A DNA stretch of 64,000 nucleotides from Eledone cirrhosa (taxonomy: Eukaryota), in NCBI GenBank assembly GCA_964016885.1, contig OZ024745.1:119226001-119290000 (forward strand), in the 5' to 3' direction. Below are positions 14,009-27,101 of this stretch, in pieces (position 1 is the stretch's first letter; every line of letters starts with the position of its first letter). Made by a program: the position numbers and the translations under genes. A model generated the notes under the pieces. The model saw nothing but the letters and a program-made list of their open reading frames with translations. It was not told the DNA's origin and did no database searches.

Positions 14009-15189
14009 CAACCATACATATACATATTTATCTATTTATTTATCGCACAACTGCACCCAAAGCCTTATATACACTGGCGTTGCGCGTAACGACAATCAAA
14101 AGGAAATGGCTGATGCAAGCAGACTACAATTAGAATAGGCAACAGTTGCAATGGAAGACGACTTGAAAGACATGAAATAACAATAAATGCATCAGGAAAG
14201 AAACAATAGACATCTTCCAAGAAGTTATCTACAAAGGAGCACCAAGATGAGAAACAGCTAGACATCGATTATGTGAAAGATGAAGCATTATTCAAAGCTG
14301 CAAATGGCGATGAATTGGCAGAAATGATAGACTGACGGATAAACATGCCATTGCTGTATTTGTTTGGTTCTTTGCATTCTGAGTTCAAACCTTGTCGAAG
14401 TCACCTTCGCCGTTTATCCTTGTGACGTCGATAAAATATTCATTCAAATCAGGGTCTTTTCACTCCTACCGGAGGAACCCCCTGCCTGATTGACCTCCCT
14501 CGTTTTCTGTTTTGGGTTTTGACCATGTCAGGGATGTAACCGTACTCACCATGCCTGGCCAATTGGGGGTTGGTGAGGCTATTTAGCCCATAGCTGGGTA
14601 AACTCATTTCTAAAGCTGAGTGAACTGGAGCAACGTGAAATAAAATGTTTTCGTTCAAGAACACCACGCAAAGCTCGGTCCGAGAATCGAACTCACAACA
14701 TCAGGATTGTAAGCCTGACGCTCTAACCACTAAGCCATGCGCCTTCACGGATGAAATATAGCACGAGTCAAATACCGGGGTTGGTTTAATGAAATTACAG
14801 AGAAAGTTTAATGAAATTACGTGGCGTGGCATGGCGTGGCGATGGCGAGAGACAACACCTGAGATCTTGCCGAATGGTTTTGTTTAAGTTACTCACTCCT
14901 CCACCAAATTTGCTGGCCTTGTGCCTAAATTGGACATCAATATCCAAAGCCGCAAGTGAAAAGACTAAAGTGATTAAATATATGTGAGACAAATTAATGT
15001 CAGCATTATATTTCCCGGAGTAAGTGTGGGTAATTGGCAGGTTCGATGGAGCATCGGACACAATTCTTTGCGATGTTTTCATCGCCAAAAAAATGAATAA
15101 ATAACACACAGACACACTCACACACACACGCACACATACACACACACACACACACACACGCGCGGCACACGCACACACACACAACACAC

Positions 15190-15519
15190 TTTTTCGGCTG
15201 CCGATGCTTGTTGAGTCCACCGCTGCCGATCCGTGTTCTTGCGTGTCGCTGCCGGGGAATGCAGACGACGCCAAAAGGCGGCGGGGCGGCGGGGCGACGT
15301 GTACCGCGACACGCCGCCCTCCAGCCGTGTCTCCATTTGCGGCTGGAAAGTTTCTAACTTGCCCCGTGTCGATTGCGAGAGAGAATGCAACCCGCCGGCG
15401 AGGCGGTTCCGCCGCCGACCCGTAAGGTTGCGCATCGGCAGCGTGGAAAACGAACGCTCATGGTAACTGCAATACTTCCAAGGGGTACAGTCGAAAAATA
15501 ACTCAAGGTACGCAGGCAT
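15190..15519 (-). CDS. Candidate first coding exon of an unidentified host gene (110 codons)
   Basis: CpG/GC-rich unique island. Acceptor 'ttttataatgtttttacag' precedes 15527, ATG at 15519, open frame MPAYLELFFDCTPWKYC...AAEK, donor 'gtgtgt' at 15189. No domain recognised. Confidence 0.4.
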
Positions 15520-15678
15520 CTAGATACCTGTAAAAACATTATAAAAACAACAACTGAAACTGAAAGTCTTTGGGGCCCGACACAATGCCAAAAATACACT
15601 TATAAGGACTGAACGAATTATTTGACTCGCTAACGACTTTATCTAATCATATTCGAGACAACGAAAAAGCCTTTATCA

Positions 15679-16162
15679 CAGGGATCGGCAACTTCTTTGC
15701 CTCCACGGGCCGGATCGAGTATTAATGACGGATAGCGGGCTGGATCGAGTATTAATGATGGATAGAGGGCCGGACGAACGCCGTAAAAGAATAATCATGG
15801 AAAATTACACAAGCTAAAATTTAATCACGAATGTTGACATTACTTAAAAATAATTTGTATTAACCACAGATGAATGTAGTAATGGAAAAACATCATTTAT
15901 TCAATTTAAGACATCGTTGGAATCATTTGTTTAAAAAATCTTAAAAATACATAGCAGCCAAAAAAATGTATGGGAAACTTGATGTTTTTTGTTCCTTGAA
16001 AGCTTCTCAATATTAGGCTTCCAACTTGTTGATACCAAGAGCAAGATTTTATCTCGTCTCTCATATTACAATAAATTTAAATTTTAAATAAACAACTCAT
16101 TGGGTATCAGTTCTCGCGGGCCGGTCAAAATCCCTTCGCGGGCCGTAGGTTGCCGACCTCTG
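15679..16162 (-). mobile_element. hAT (Charlie/Buster-type) non-autonomous element
   Basis: TIRs CAGGGATCGGCAAC / GTTGCCGACCTCTG, imperfect 8-bp TSD ctttatca/ctttatgt, subterminal cgggcc repeats, and a transposase C-terminal remnant PNIEKLSRNKKHQVSH on the minus strand. Confidence 0.88.
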
Positions 16163-17404
16163 CTTTATGTGATTGATCGAAAGGCATTTCAAGGAAACTT
16201 TACTCTTTTCACATCTTATTGTCTTGGAAAAGATGACACATAGTAGACAATGTAGTCTCTGATATACAAAAAGAAGGAGTAGTCACAGCTCAAATGCCTT
16301 TGATCATAGATGTGTTCAATCAGAACTACTACTATTCATATCAATACTGCGAAGTTAGCAGAATTTGAAAAATGATGGATCAATAAGTATTCTATAAACA
16401 AACACCGACTGCAACGTCGACTCATCATCTTGTTCACAACGACACTATCATAGAAATACTTAGCGTGGCAATAAAGTCTTTAGAATAGTAGGTTGTGTGC
16501 CGTATATAGCAGTAAATGTAGTTAATATTAGTTGGAATTTGAATTTTGTTGTACACGTGTGATATTCTGTATGAATGCTGTATTTTGTCACATGCCTCTG
16601 CATAATTATTTTGCTGTCATTCTTGTGAACTGCTCAATCCACAAAATATTCTTTTCCAGATGAGACAGTCACCCTGTAGTCCCGACTTAAATGTGTATGA
16701 GTGTTGGGTGTTCAAGTTATTAAAGCAACATCTTTGAAAATTTGTTTTCGCTTCATTAGAAGTTAAATGGTTTGCATAAGCACTGTAAATATGTTATTGC
16801 ATTCAATGGAGATTATATTTTGCAGAATAAATAAATCTTAGTTTCAATATGTTATTCTAAAGACTTTATTGCCAAAACAAGCACCCCACTTTCCGACTAT
16901 ATCCGGTATTCAGAATCTACTACCACAGTACTCAAGCATTATAAAAAGCTTACTTAACTAGTTTAGTGATGCCCGTGTTTTACAGTCATCGTTTTAATAA
17001 CCTTTACAGTCACCATTTTAATATCGGCTTTAAACTCAATCCCACGATCTTCAATGCTGAACAAAATGTTTAGCTTTAATTTATTAAACAACTCAAACCA
17101 AGTTGAGTACAATAAATCCTAGAATCTGTATTTCCGACAACAGCATATCACAATGATTTCTTTTCTTTATCCCACGGTTTCTAACTTATATTCTCTAAAC
17201 TTCCCGCACACTCACCGCTCAAAACAAACGGGGTCTCAAATACGAACAACACCATTCCTCGGACATAGATGCAGAAGTACACCTGCTCTATATCAACACT
17301 GTAAAATAACAAACAGAGAAAGGATATAAAGGTAACAGCTAAAGAATGAGCAGCGTTACAAATACAACACAAAACACAATAAATAAGAATAATTAAGAAA
17401 ACTG

Positions 17405-17640
17405 ATTAATGACAGAAAGAATAAGATCGCAAATACGAGCGGCCGAAATGGGGTCTTTCGAACGTTACTCGATAGAGCGTGAAGCTCGAAGATCAGAGAG
17501 TCACTCCAGGTAGAGCCACTACTTCTCCGAATTATGAGATCATACTCCGGATATTATGGACTTGTGGTTAGAATGTCTCAAGAAAGAATCACTGGACAGA
17601 TTTTTACGGGAAAAACCAACCGCAGGAGAACCAGGGGTTG
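17405..17640 (+). mobile_element. RTE LINE 3' fragment
   Basis: Nucleotide similarity to 62510-62760. Confidence 0.85.
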
Positions 17641-17649
17641 CCTCAATGT

Positions 17650-18740
17650 AAACACGGATGGTGGTGGCAAGAGCAACAACAAACAAAACAATAACAACAA
17701 CACCAACAATAACAACAGCAAGAACGACAACACCAACGACAAGAGCAACAGAGGCATCACCTTCGCAGCGGCAGCAGCGAAAAGAAATCGCTTATTGAAT
17801 GTTGATATTAGCGATAAAGAGGAACAGTTGGACCAGGCGTGGAGGTTAATTAAACGGGAGAAGTCCTGGGAAACCCTGACCATCCCGGGTGGATAGCGAC
17901 CATGCAAAGAAGAACGGTGTACTTTCAATGCATTCCAGTGCAGACACGCAAAGTTGAACTTGCCAGCCAAGCAGAGGTCGAGGCTGCTTTGAAGTGCATC
18001 GGAAGTCACATAGAGTATAAAGCAAGGGCCAAGCAGTTCGGTACCATCTCGGTACTGTTCAAAACCGAGGCCCTTGCTATTAAGCACTCGGTGACCCCTG
18101 CAGAACGGAACGCATTATCATGCACCCGTCCTACATGGGAAAAAGGACAATAAAGGTCCGCATTCCCAGGATCCCACCAGGAATGAACATATGGTGGCTC
18201 CTGGGATGCGTAATCGAGGAGGGGACAGACACTACCCTCCTGGATATCAAAAGGACAGAGAGAGAAGACTGGTCCGGAATGGATTTGGAGATTTCTCTCC
18301 AAATGAAACCAGAGGACATCAACAACATACCGGATTTTTCCCACCTGCACGACGGGACAACAATCCAATTAATCTCTGAGGGAAGAAGGCTGCACTGCTT
18401 CGTCTGCGGGGAAGCAACGCATCTGCAAGCCTTCTGCCCTCAGCTCAAAAATGCAGGGATTCGCAAACCTCCTTTGTTGCCAACCCAGGGTCAGAACGGA
18501 AAGCTGTACCACCTCCACCACCAAAAACAACACCAACAATGACACGGGTAACCCCACCAACATCAAAAACAGTCGAACCTCCACCAGCACCGAAACCAAT
18601 CCAATTATACACATAGACAAAACAATAAATGCACACACAGACACAGATACACTCACGGCCCTTTTGTCTTCCAGTAGTGAAGATAAAGGAAAACCCCAAA
18701 GTGCCAAAAAACAAACAAAAGAGAAAATAATAATATAACC
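17650..18740 (+). pseudogene. Tx1-like LINE ORF1 remnant
   Basis: Frameshifted. PSYMGKRT, LQMKPE and EGRR followed by the CCHC knuckle CFVCGEATHLQAFC. Homologous to the ORF1s at 54424 and 56440. Confidence 0.85.
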
Positions 18741-18741
18741 T

Positions 18742-18900
18742 CAAATAATGATTTCATTTATTAACCACAAATTTCATTTATTAACCACAAGGGCCGACAT
18801 GTAGGGGACAATACAAAGGCAGGGATAACCATCGATAGGAACCTCACAAATTTAACGCACCGAAGCATACGAGAATAGCGAGAGAAATAAATAAAAACAA
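18742..18900 (-). mobile_element. LINE 3' UTR (Tx1-like) in opposite orientation
   Basis: Minus strand 'ggcccttgtggttaataaatgaaa' resembles the Tx1 3' end 'cgcccctgtggcaaataaagaaa' at 60568-60591. Confidence 0.5.
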
Positions 18901-19499
18901 TGGAAACATAAAACAAAACAAAACAACACCGACCACCAATTCACTGCCAAATAATTTGAATCGGATTAGACAGAGAGAACAAAAAAAAAAAAAATAAAGA
19001 ATATATTTATTTGCTGTTGTGCTGCCAAATGATGCCGTAAGCCACTGACCCGCATCTTCGGTCAAGAAGGTGACAGCAACAGGACAATAGCAACGACCCC
19101 GCATCTTGGGTAAAAGAATGCACTCCAGCCTCAGCATACTGACTGGCAGCCCGAATTGGTAGCATTTTCATCTACCACCACTATTAACAACAACACATAT
19201 GTGTATACGTGAACATCTTACCAGCAATCACTACCACTACCATTAACAAGAAGAAGCCAACTGCAACATCAGAGACAACAACACATATGTTTTCAGGATT
19301 GAATGACTCACCTGCAGCCATAAAGTCCTATGAGAAACTGCTAACGTGCTCGGATGTGTGCGTGCTGAACTCTGGGTCTTTCCGCTGGGAACAACCTCCT
19401 GTTTTCACCCCCCCCCCTTTTCTGTACATTCATCCATCCACTCATCCATTTGCTAACATTCTACCTTCTTGTTTCTCTTGTCTTCTGACGCCTCTATAT

Positions 19500-20025
19500 C
19501 TGATGTAGGTGAGATATGAGGTCCTCTTACCAGCACTTTCCCTTCCACCCACACATGCCACCCACTCACCCCTGATGCCGTTCGGTGGCTCAGTTCCCGG
19601 CCCCACTCCCCATCCCCCATCCCCCCAAGCCGACACCTGCAGCACTTGCAGCTCCACGAACAGACGGAATAGAGGCCGGAACTGTTCGGGGTGCGGCTGC
19701 TTCCACCACCTCACCTGTGTTGGCTTGACACGTCGAGCTTCCAGTGCCCTCGCAGCGTGGAGATGCAGGAACTGCCTCTTCCCCTTGTCTGCCCAGCCAC
19801 GGCTGTCTGGCACATCACCAGATGCAACAGCGAGCTTGCCTGACGCCCAAGCCTCTCTGGTCAACATCGCTCGGCTCAGGCGAGTCCCACTCAGGATCCC
19901 TAGAGCGGCCCGGAAGCCGGTAGCCGATGCCCTCGCTTCCTCGATTGAGAGCGCCCTGGACTCCAATCAAGCCAGCGACTGGAAGCGACTCATTTATTTC
20001 GCCCCACTCGCCCTCGGCCTTCCCA
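19500..20025 (+). pseudogene. CRE-clade non-LTR retrotransposon 5' fragment with a PHD finger
   Basis: CSTC...CSGC...HLTC...WRCRNC (C4HC3), followed by RIPRAAR...ALASSI...WKRLIYF...L, which resembles the pre-RT region of CRE elements. Confidence 0.65.
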
Positions 20026-20164
20026 GCTCTGCCGTCGGTGTCAAACATTTTCCTATATATATACGCACACACACGCACACATACATATATATGTATATAT
20101 ACACACACACACACATATATATATATATGTATATGTGTGTGTATATATATATATTATGTCTGTG

Positions 20165-20244
<80 letters not shown>

Positions 20245-20539
20245 AATATAAATTTAGCGAGAATCGCATTTCGGCGGGTAGAAATTAGCGAAACGCAACT
20301 TCCGTATTGTGCAGACGAGCGCTCCATGGATATGAAGATACAGAGCTATAAACATAAGTTAAAATGGTCATACACACTAAGACGATGGTTAAGAAGCCAT
20401 TAACCACCTTCGCCAAAAAGCCGAACAAGCTAAATGGGTCAAACAAAATAAGTTATATATATATATGTGTGTATATATGTATATGTGTGTGTGTATATAT
20501 ATACATATATATATGTGTGTGTGTGTGTGTGTATATATA

Positions 20540-20785
20540 TATAGGAAAATGTTTGACACCGACGGCAGAGCTCAAGCCGTTTCGGCACACATACACACAT
20601 ATATATATATATATATAACGAAGGAAATGTGGTAAGGAACCAGGTGGACCATAACGCCCCAAAGTACTCAATACTTAGGGTAGTAGAGTGGGTAATAGGA
20701 ACGAGTAGGACCCCGACGGCTGAGCTCAAGCCGTTTCGACGGCTAATTCTGGACTAAAATGATTTTAGTCGGGGTCCTACTCGTT

Positions 20786-20790
<5 letters not shown>
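20540..20790. mobile_element. pLTR fragments of family 'GAAACGGC' with a terminal fold-back
   Basis: Matches the 2078 and 12922 copies. Further pieces at 20025-20056. Confidence 0.7.
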
Positions 20791-20847
<57 letters not shown>

Positions 20848-20876
20848 CATATATATATATACATATATATATATAC

Positions 20877-20914
<38 letters not shown>

Positions 20915-21030
20915 ATATATATACACATATGTATACATGTATATATATATATATACACATGTATATATATATATATATACACACGTTTATATTTACATAT
21001 ATACACATGTATATATATAAATATATACAG

Positions 21031-21096
<66 letters not shown>

Positions 21097-21250
21097 CAAA
21101 GAAATACACACACACATGCGAATACATACATACACATGCATATACCCACACATATCCCTGAATTTTGCAAATTTCACGTGTTAAGTTCCCCTCCGCCTTT
21201 CGGGACTCTATCTCGCGTCCTACGGACGTGTTTTGAAACTCTAAATGAGG

Positions 21251-21346
21251 TATCCTCTTGATAAGTCGGCAAACCTCACAAAAATACTGCATCTCTATGA
21301 TGTAATGTTTTTGTATAATAGCCACGAAACTACGTAGTCGAGGATA
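21251..21346 (+). ncRNA. Type I hammerhead with a U3-A8 core variant and long stem II
   Basis: UAUCCUC-UUGAUAA-GU(C)GGC...GCCAC-GAAA-CUACGUAG-UC/GAGGAUA. Confidence 0.78.
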
Positions 21347-21416
21347 ATGAAGGAATTTAGGTATATTATATCTTTTTATTTATATCTAATGTTTCTTCTT
21401 TCTTTATATATGTATA

Positions 21417-21506
<90 letters not shown>

Positions 21507-21642
21507 TATACATATATATACATATATAAAGAAAGAAGAAACATTAGATATAAATAAAAAGATATAATATACCTAAATTCCTTCATTATCCTCGACTACG
21601 TAGTTTCGTGGCTATTATACAAAAACATTACATCATAGAGAT
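21290..21642. repeat. Perfect inverted repeat (~120-bp arms) centred on (TA)n
   Basis: 21290-21410 appears identical to the reverse complement of 21521-21642. Confidence 0.92.
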
Positions 21643-21870
21643 GTATATATATATATATATATATATATGTATCCGCATTAGTGATAAGGACTAAGAGAAC
21701 GTTATCAATGCCACATGTGGCATATAAATAATTTAATTCGGTGAGCGGAAGCCATTAGACAGAAACAAAATTAGCAGATGCATCGATAATACTTACCTTC
21801 CGCCAGGCATGATGGAATGAACTCTGTGACAGTAATAAATGACATTACCAAATGGTGAAAGGACACTCAC

Positions 21871-21920
21871 CTTACATAGCCTCACGTGAACCTCCGTTTG
21901 ATATCGTGTGACTTCAAACA
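21871..21920 (-). other. Candidate short (UTR?) exon
   Basis: Acceptor 'gtttctttttccttgatgaccag', donor 'AG|gtgagt', and an alternative donor 'AG|gtaagt' at 21796. Confidence 0.3.
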
Positions 21921-22521
21921 CTGGTCATCAAGGAAAAAGAAACACTTTATTTAATTTAATGGGGCATTAGATCTGATTCTGAGGATTTGGAGAACAAAGG
22001 GAGATAATTCAGTGCTGATATACACGTTCATTCTTCAACGTCAATGAATATATATATATTTTGACATATCTTAAAATATTGTATGAAATCCTGTACACAT
22101 GACACATATACTGCACAAAGCATCTCTTTTCCCTCTGACCCTATACCTAATTAAGTCATTGGAGCCCCGCAAGTTTTATGTTCACTACATCCAGCAGTAC
22201 ACGTGTTTCACACCTGGTCTATAAAAAACTGCTCGGCAATGCAATTGAAATTATCCTCTCAGATATCGCACGCACCAAAGAAGCTCAATCTGCCATGTTG
22301 AGTATTTCGTCACTTCTCTATTTCTTACTATATATTCAGATATATTTATTGCAGGCACAATTGTCAAATGATGTCCTTGCCATAGCTGCAGACTAGCTGG
22401 TTACCATTTTTTAAATATTTTAATATATATCATGTAGTGCAAATTTCTGTTTGCTTTTTAAAATTTACTTTTTTTTTCCATATTTTACGAATCATTCTTT
22501 TTAGATTCAATTTCGTGTTCG

Positions 22522-23717
22522 CAAAATGTCCAAAACCTGTTGAAAGTGAGACAAAGGAGACATATTGGAATGTGAAACGGCAAATATTTACAAAATGTCC
22601 AAAACCTGGTTGAAAGTGAGACAAAGGAGACATATTGGAATGTGAAACGGCAAATATTTACAAAATGTTCAAAACCCTGTTGAAAGTGAGACAAAGGAAA
22701 CATATTGCAATGTGAAACGGCAAATATTTACAAAATGTTCAAAACCTTGTTGAAAGTGAGACAAAGGAGACATATTGGAATGTGAAACGGCAAATATTTA
22801 CAAAATATTCAAAACCTTGTTGAAAGTGAGACAAAGGAGACATATTGCAATGTGAAACAGCAAATATTTACAAAATGTTCCAAACCCTGTTGAAAGTGAG
22901 ACAAAGGAGACATATTGCAATGTGAAACAGCAAATATTTACAAAATGTTCAAAACCTTGTTGAAAGTGAGACAAAGGAGACATATTGGAATGTGAAACGG
23001 CAAATATTTACAAAATATTCAAAACCCTGTTGAAAGTGAGACAAAGGAGACATATTGGAATGTGAAGCAGCAAATATTTACAAAATGTTCCAAACCCTGT
23101 TGAAAGTGAGACAAAGGAGACATATTGGAATGTGAAACGGCAAATATTTACAAAATATTCAAAACCCTGTTGAAAGTGAGACAAAGGAGACATATTGGAA
23201 TGTGAAGCAGCAAATATTTACAAAATGTTCCAAACCCTGTTGAAAGTGAGACAAAGGAGACATATTGGAATGTGAAACGGCAAATATTTACAAAATATTC
23301 AAAACCCTGTTGAAAGTGAGACAAAGGAGACATATTGGAATGTGAAACAGCAAATATTTACAAAATGTTCAAAACCTTGTTGAAAGTGAGACAAAGGAGA
23401 CATATTGCAATGTGAAGCAGCAAATATTTACAAAATGTTCCAAACCCTGTTGAAAGTGAGACAAAGGAGACATATTGGAATGTGAAACGGCAAATATTTA
23501 CAAAATATTCAAAACCCTGTTGAAAGTGAGACAAAGGAGACATATTGGAATGTGAAACAGCAAATATTTACAAAATGTTCAAAACCTTGTTGAAAGTGAG
23601 ACAAAGGAGACATATTGGAATGTGAAACAGCAAATATTTACAAAATGTTCAAAACCCTGTTGAAAGTGAGACAAAGGAGACATATTGGAATGTGAAACAG
23701 CAAATATTTACAAAATG
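22522..23717. repeat. 70-bp minisatellite, ~17 copies
   Basis: Unit aaaaccttgttgaaagtgagacaaaggagacatattggaatgtgaaacggcaaatatttacaaaatgttc. Confidence 0.97.
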
Positions 23718-23755
23718 AAATTAAAATTTAGACACATTTCTATCGTTAGAAAAAC

Positions 23756-23819
<64 letters not shown>

Positions 23820-23848
23820 ATTATATATATATATATATATATATTATA

Positions 23849-23973
<125 letters not shown>

Positions 23974-23997
23974 CTCCCCGCCCTGACATATATTCAA

Positions 23998-24560
23998 TTA
24001 TAATAACGGCTCGGAAAAATCTCTTTCCTAGAGCTATTTTATTGTAAGAGACTATTTTGAGTTTCTAACTCAATATATACCTTTGATATATTCGGCTCTG
24101 TTAATTTATTGAGCTAATTCTAATGTCGAGTAAACCTGGCTGCTATTTTTAGTGGTGTGAGTTTATGAGACACGCTAAGTTCACATACCATGTGCCTTAT
24201 TATATATACGCACACTATTCAGTTTTTTAATATAGTTAGAAGTGACCAGGATACTAATTCTTCACCCACTAATGAGCAAGAATCGGTATTCCTCTTCACA
24301 ATGAATTTTGTGAAACAGCATAGCCAAAGCTGTATGGGTGATTGGTAGTTACCACAATTCCGGTTTGTATTTATTTTCTTGATTTATTCTACAATTGAGT
24401 CTGGCAAACTGGTCCCTTACGATTTGAACACATTTATGTACATGTCTGTGTTTGTTTTTCTTTTATTATAATATACGGCTCGGAAAAATCTCTTTCCTAG
24501 AGCTATTTTATTGTAAGAGACTATTTTAGGTTTTTAACTCAGTATATACCTTTGATATAT
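23998..24560. repeat. ~90-bp direct repeats bracketing a segment between TA tracts (~470-bp period)
   Basis: 'acggctcggaaaaatctctttcctagagc...tacctttgatata' at ~24006 and ~24475. Confidence 0.75.
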
Positions 24561-26343
24561 ATATATATGAATGTATGCATAGTATATTTGGCAATATACC
24601 GTATGTTTAATTACAAACATTTTGAAGACCTTACGCTATCATTTTTAAAGTAGTGACTATGTCACTTACTTCTTTTCGGTGAAAGAAGGCAGAGAAGCCA
24701 ACAGTCTGTTTCATGCTGTTTGGGAATCATCCGAGCTACGTACTGCCCTCTTCCACCGCTCTGACACACACACATCTCTTATATATAGAATCACACATCA
24801 CAACACAACCTGAGATCAGTTTTACAATCGCCACCAACGAATGTGAGAAAGTTCTCCAGGAACGTTAACCTGGAATCTTTAAAAATATCCCCACCGAAGT
24901 TAACAAAGAACTTACTAGATCTACAAAACCAAATTGTAAAATTCATGTTTAAGATGGGTTAAGTACTTCTTTCAGTGAATATTTTCTTGTTGAGGCTGAT
25001 GTTTCCATAAAAAGAGCAAGTAGTTTATGGGATATAAATAACTTCCCAAAAAGAAATATGTGACTAAAACCCGCCTTGCATCGTACCAACATATCACTGC
25101 TCACGGGTTGGCTGGTTTTTACACATGTAACATCGCTCTCTTATGTTCTGGACTTAATCTTACAACTACGTAGCATTATGTTGTAAGAGTAAAGCCATGA
25201 AGCTCTTGCACAATAAAGGAGGAACAAACTATATCAACATATTTAATTGAAAAGTATTATATGTAACCCTATGGCCAATTTCATGCTTTGTCTTTTGTAT
25301 AACATATCCACATCTACAATACAATAAAAATACTTTTACTAATAATTTTCAACCCACCTTAATTCAACTGCCAAACACCATTCAATTAAAATGGTTTTAA
25401 ATTTAGCTACAAGGCTAATAATTCAAATATACATTGAAATGCCGCAAAGCATGTTAGGCGACGTTACACGATTTAATCATACTGGTTTCTGATTTAAGCA
25501 CAAGACTATCAATTTGGGGAGAATAGAAATCCGAAATCAACCCTGTGCATTACTGGTACTTTATTTTATTGACCCCGTAAGTATAAAAGCAAAGCCAACC
25601 CTGACGGGATTTGAACTCAGAACGCAAAGAAGGGTATAACTAAATGCTGCAAAGCATGTTGGCCTACGCTGAAATATTCAATCACAATAAAAAGAAAAAT
25701 TCTTTAAATCCAACTAAAAAATAAAATGTAAAATTTGTAATCGAAACTTCCACTCAAGTTGTAAAAGTAAATCAATTTACATGTCTATCAACACGCCCAT
25801 GAACACACGAATAATTACCATATTTTAAACCCTGTACAATGAATATAGATATATGCATGAACGAAAGATAAGTTTATCACTGTTGTAAGTAGACGCCATG
25901 TTGAATAATACAGTATAGCCAGGAAAAGTCAATTATTAATGATGTAAAACACTGAATCTTGAGAGATTTGGAGTTGACTTCAATTTTTCGCCACAACTGG
26001 AGAAAACATCGCTGGAAGTAAATTCACTAGAGATTTAAGGGTGGTTTCATTCTAACAGATTTAACTTCGGCGAACAGGCAAAATCCTGTTAATATTCCTA
26101 ATATATGTATTCTGTGAAGTCTTTGTGGTTAGGGTGTTCAGCTCACATGAGCTCGATTCCCGGACCGAGCGACGCGTTGTCATTGAGCAAAACATTTTAT
26201 TTCACGTGTAACTTATGGGACCAAACTTGTCGCTCTATATGTCACGCTGAATGTCCCCGAGAACTACGTTAGGGGTGCACATGTCTGGGGATTATCCAGC
26301 CACCTACACGTTAATTTTACGATACATCTCTATCTTCAATAAT

Positions 26344-26550
26344 GGTTTCTTATATAGGCACAAGGCCAGCATGTTTTTGGGGGAGGGGGAAGTCGATTAA
26401 ATCGACCTGGTACTTTATTTTATCGACCCTTTAAGGATGAAAGGCAAAGTTAACCTCGGTGGGATTTGAACTCAGACCGTAAAGGACCATAACCCTATGC
26501 TGCAAAGCATAGCGTCCGACCCTCTACAGATACTGCACATCCACCAACCT
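26344..26550 (-). mobile_element. SINE family 1 with a 19-bp target-site duplication
   Basis: TSD catctctatcttcaataat at 26325-26343 and 26551-26569. Confidence 0.88.
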
Positions 26551-26649
26551 CATCTCTATCTTCAATAATCCCGTTTGGAATTACAAAAATAAGAAATTAT
26601 GAACAAGAGAGCTAATCGTCCGTCGATCGTCTTTGGACAAGGTTTAACG

Positions 26650-27044
26650 CATTTAGTTGCATATATCACACAGCTCTGTCGATATTTCTAATTCATGTGT
26701 TGTCCCATTTAGTTGCATATATCACACAGCTCTGTCGATATTTCTAATTCATGTGTTGTCCCATTTAGTTGCATATATCACACAGCTCTATCGATATTTC
26801 TAATTCATGTTTTGTCCCATTTAGTTGCATATATCACACAGCTCTGTCGATATTTCTAATTCATGTTTTGTCCCATTTAGTTGCATATATCACACAGCTC
26901 TATCGATATTTCTAATTTATGTTTTGTCCCATTTAGTTGCATATATCACACAGCTCTATCGATATTTCTAATTCATGTTTTGTCCCATTTAGTTGCATAT
27001 ATCACACAGCTCTGTCGATATTTCTAATTCATGTTTTGTCCCAT
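26650..27044. repeat. 56-bp minisatellite, 7 copies
   Basis: Unit catttagttgcatatatcacacagctctgtcgatatttctaattcatgtgttgtcc. Confidence 0.97.
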
Positions 27045-27101
27045 AAAACAGATGAAGGCTTCGTTTCTCATAAAACATTATAAACTAATCAGAAATAAAT
27101 A

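Noticed and set aside
14080-14330. Purine-rich, coding-looking segment
   Set aside because: Stops occur in all plus frames examined and no motif was recognised.
25892-25905. AACATGGCG start/YY1-like motif (also at 33921)
   Set aside because: Only short ORFs follow, and the 33921 copy lies inside a repeat module.
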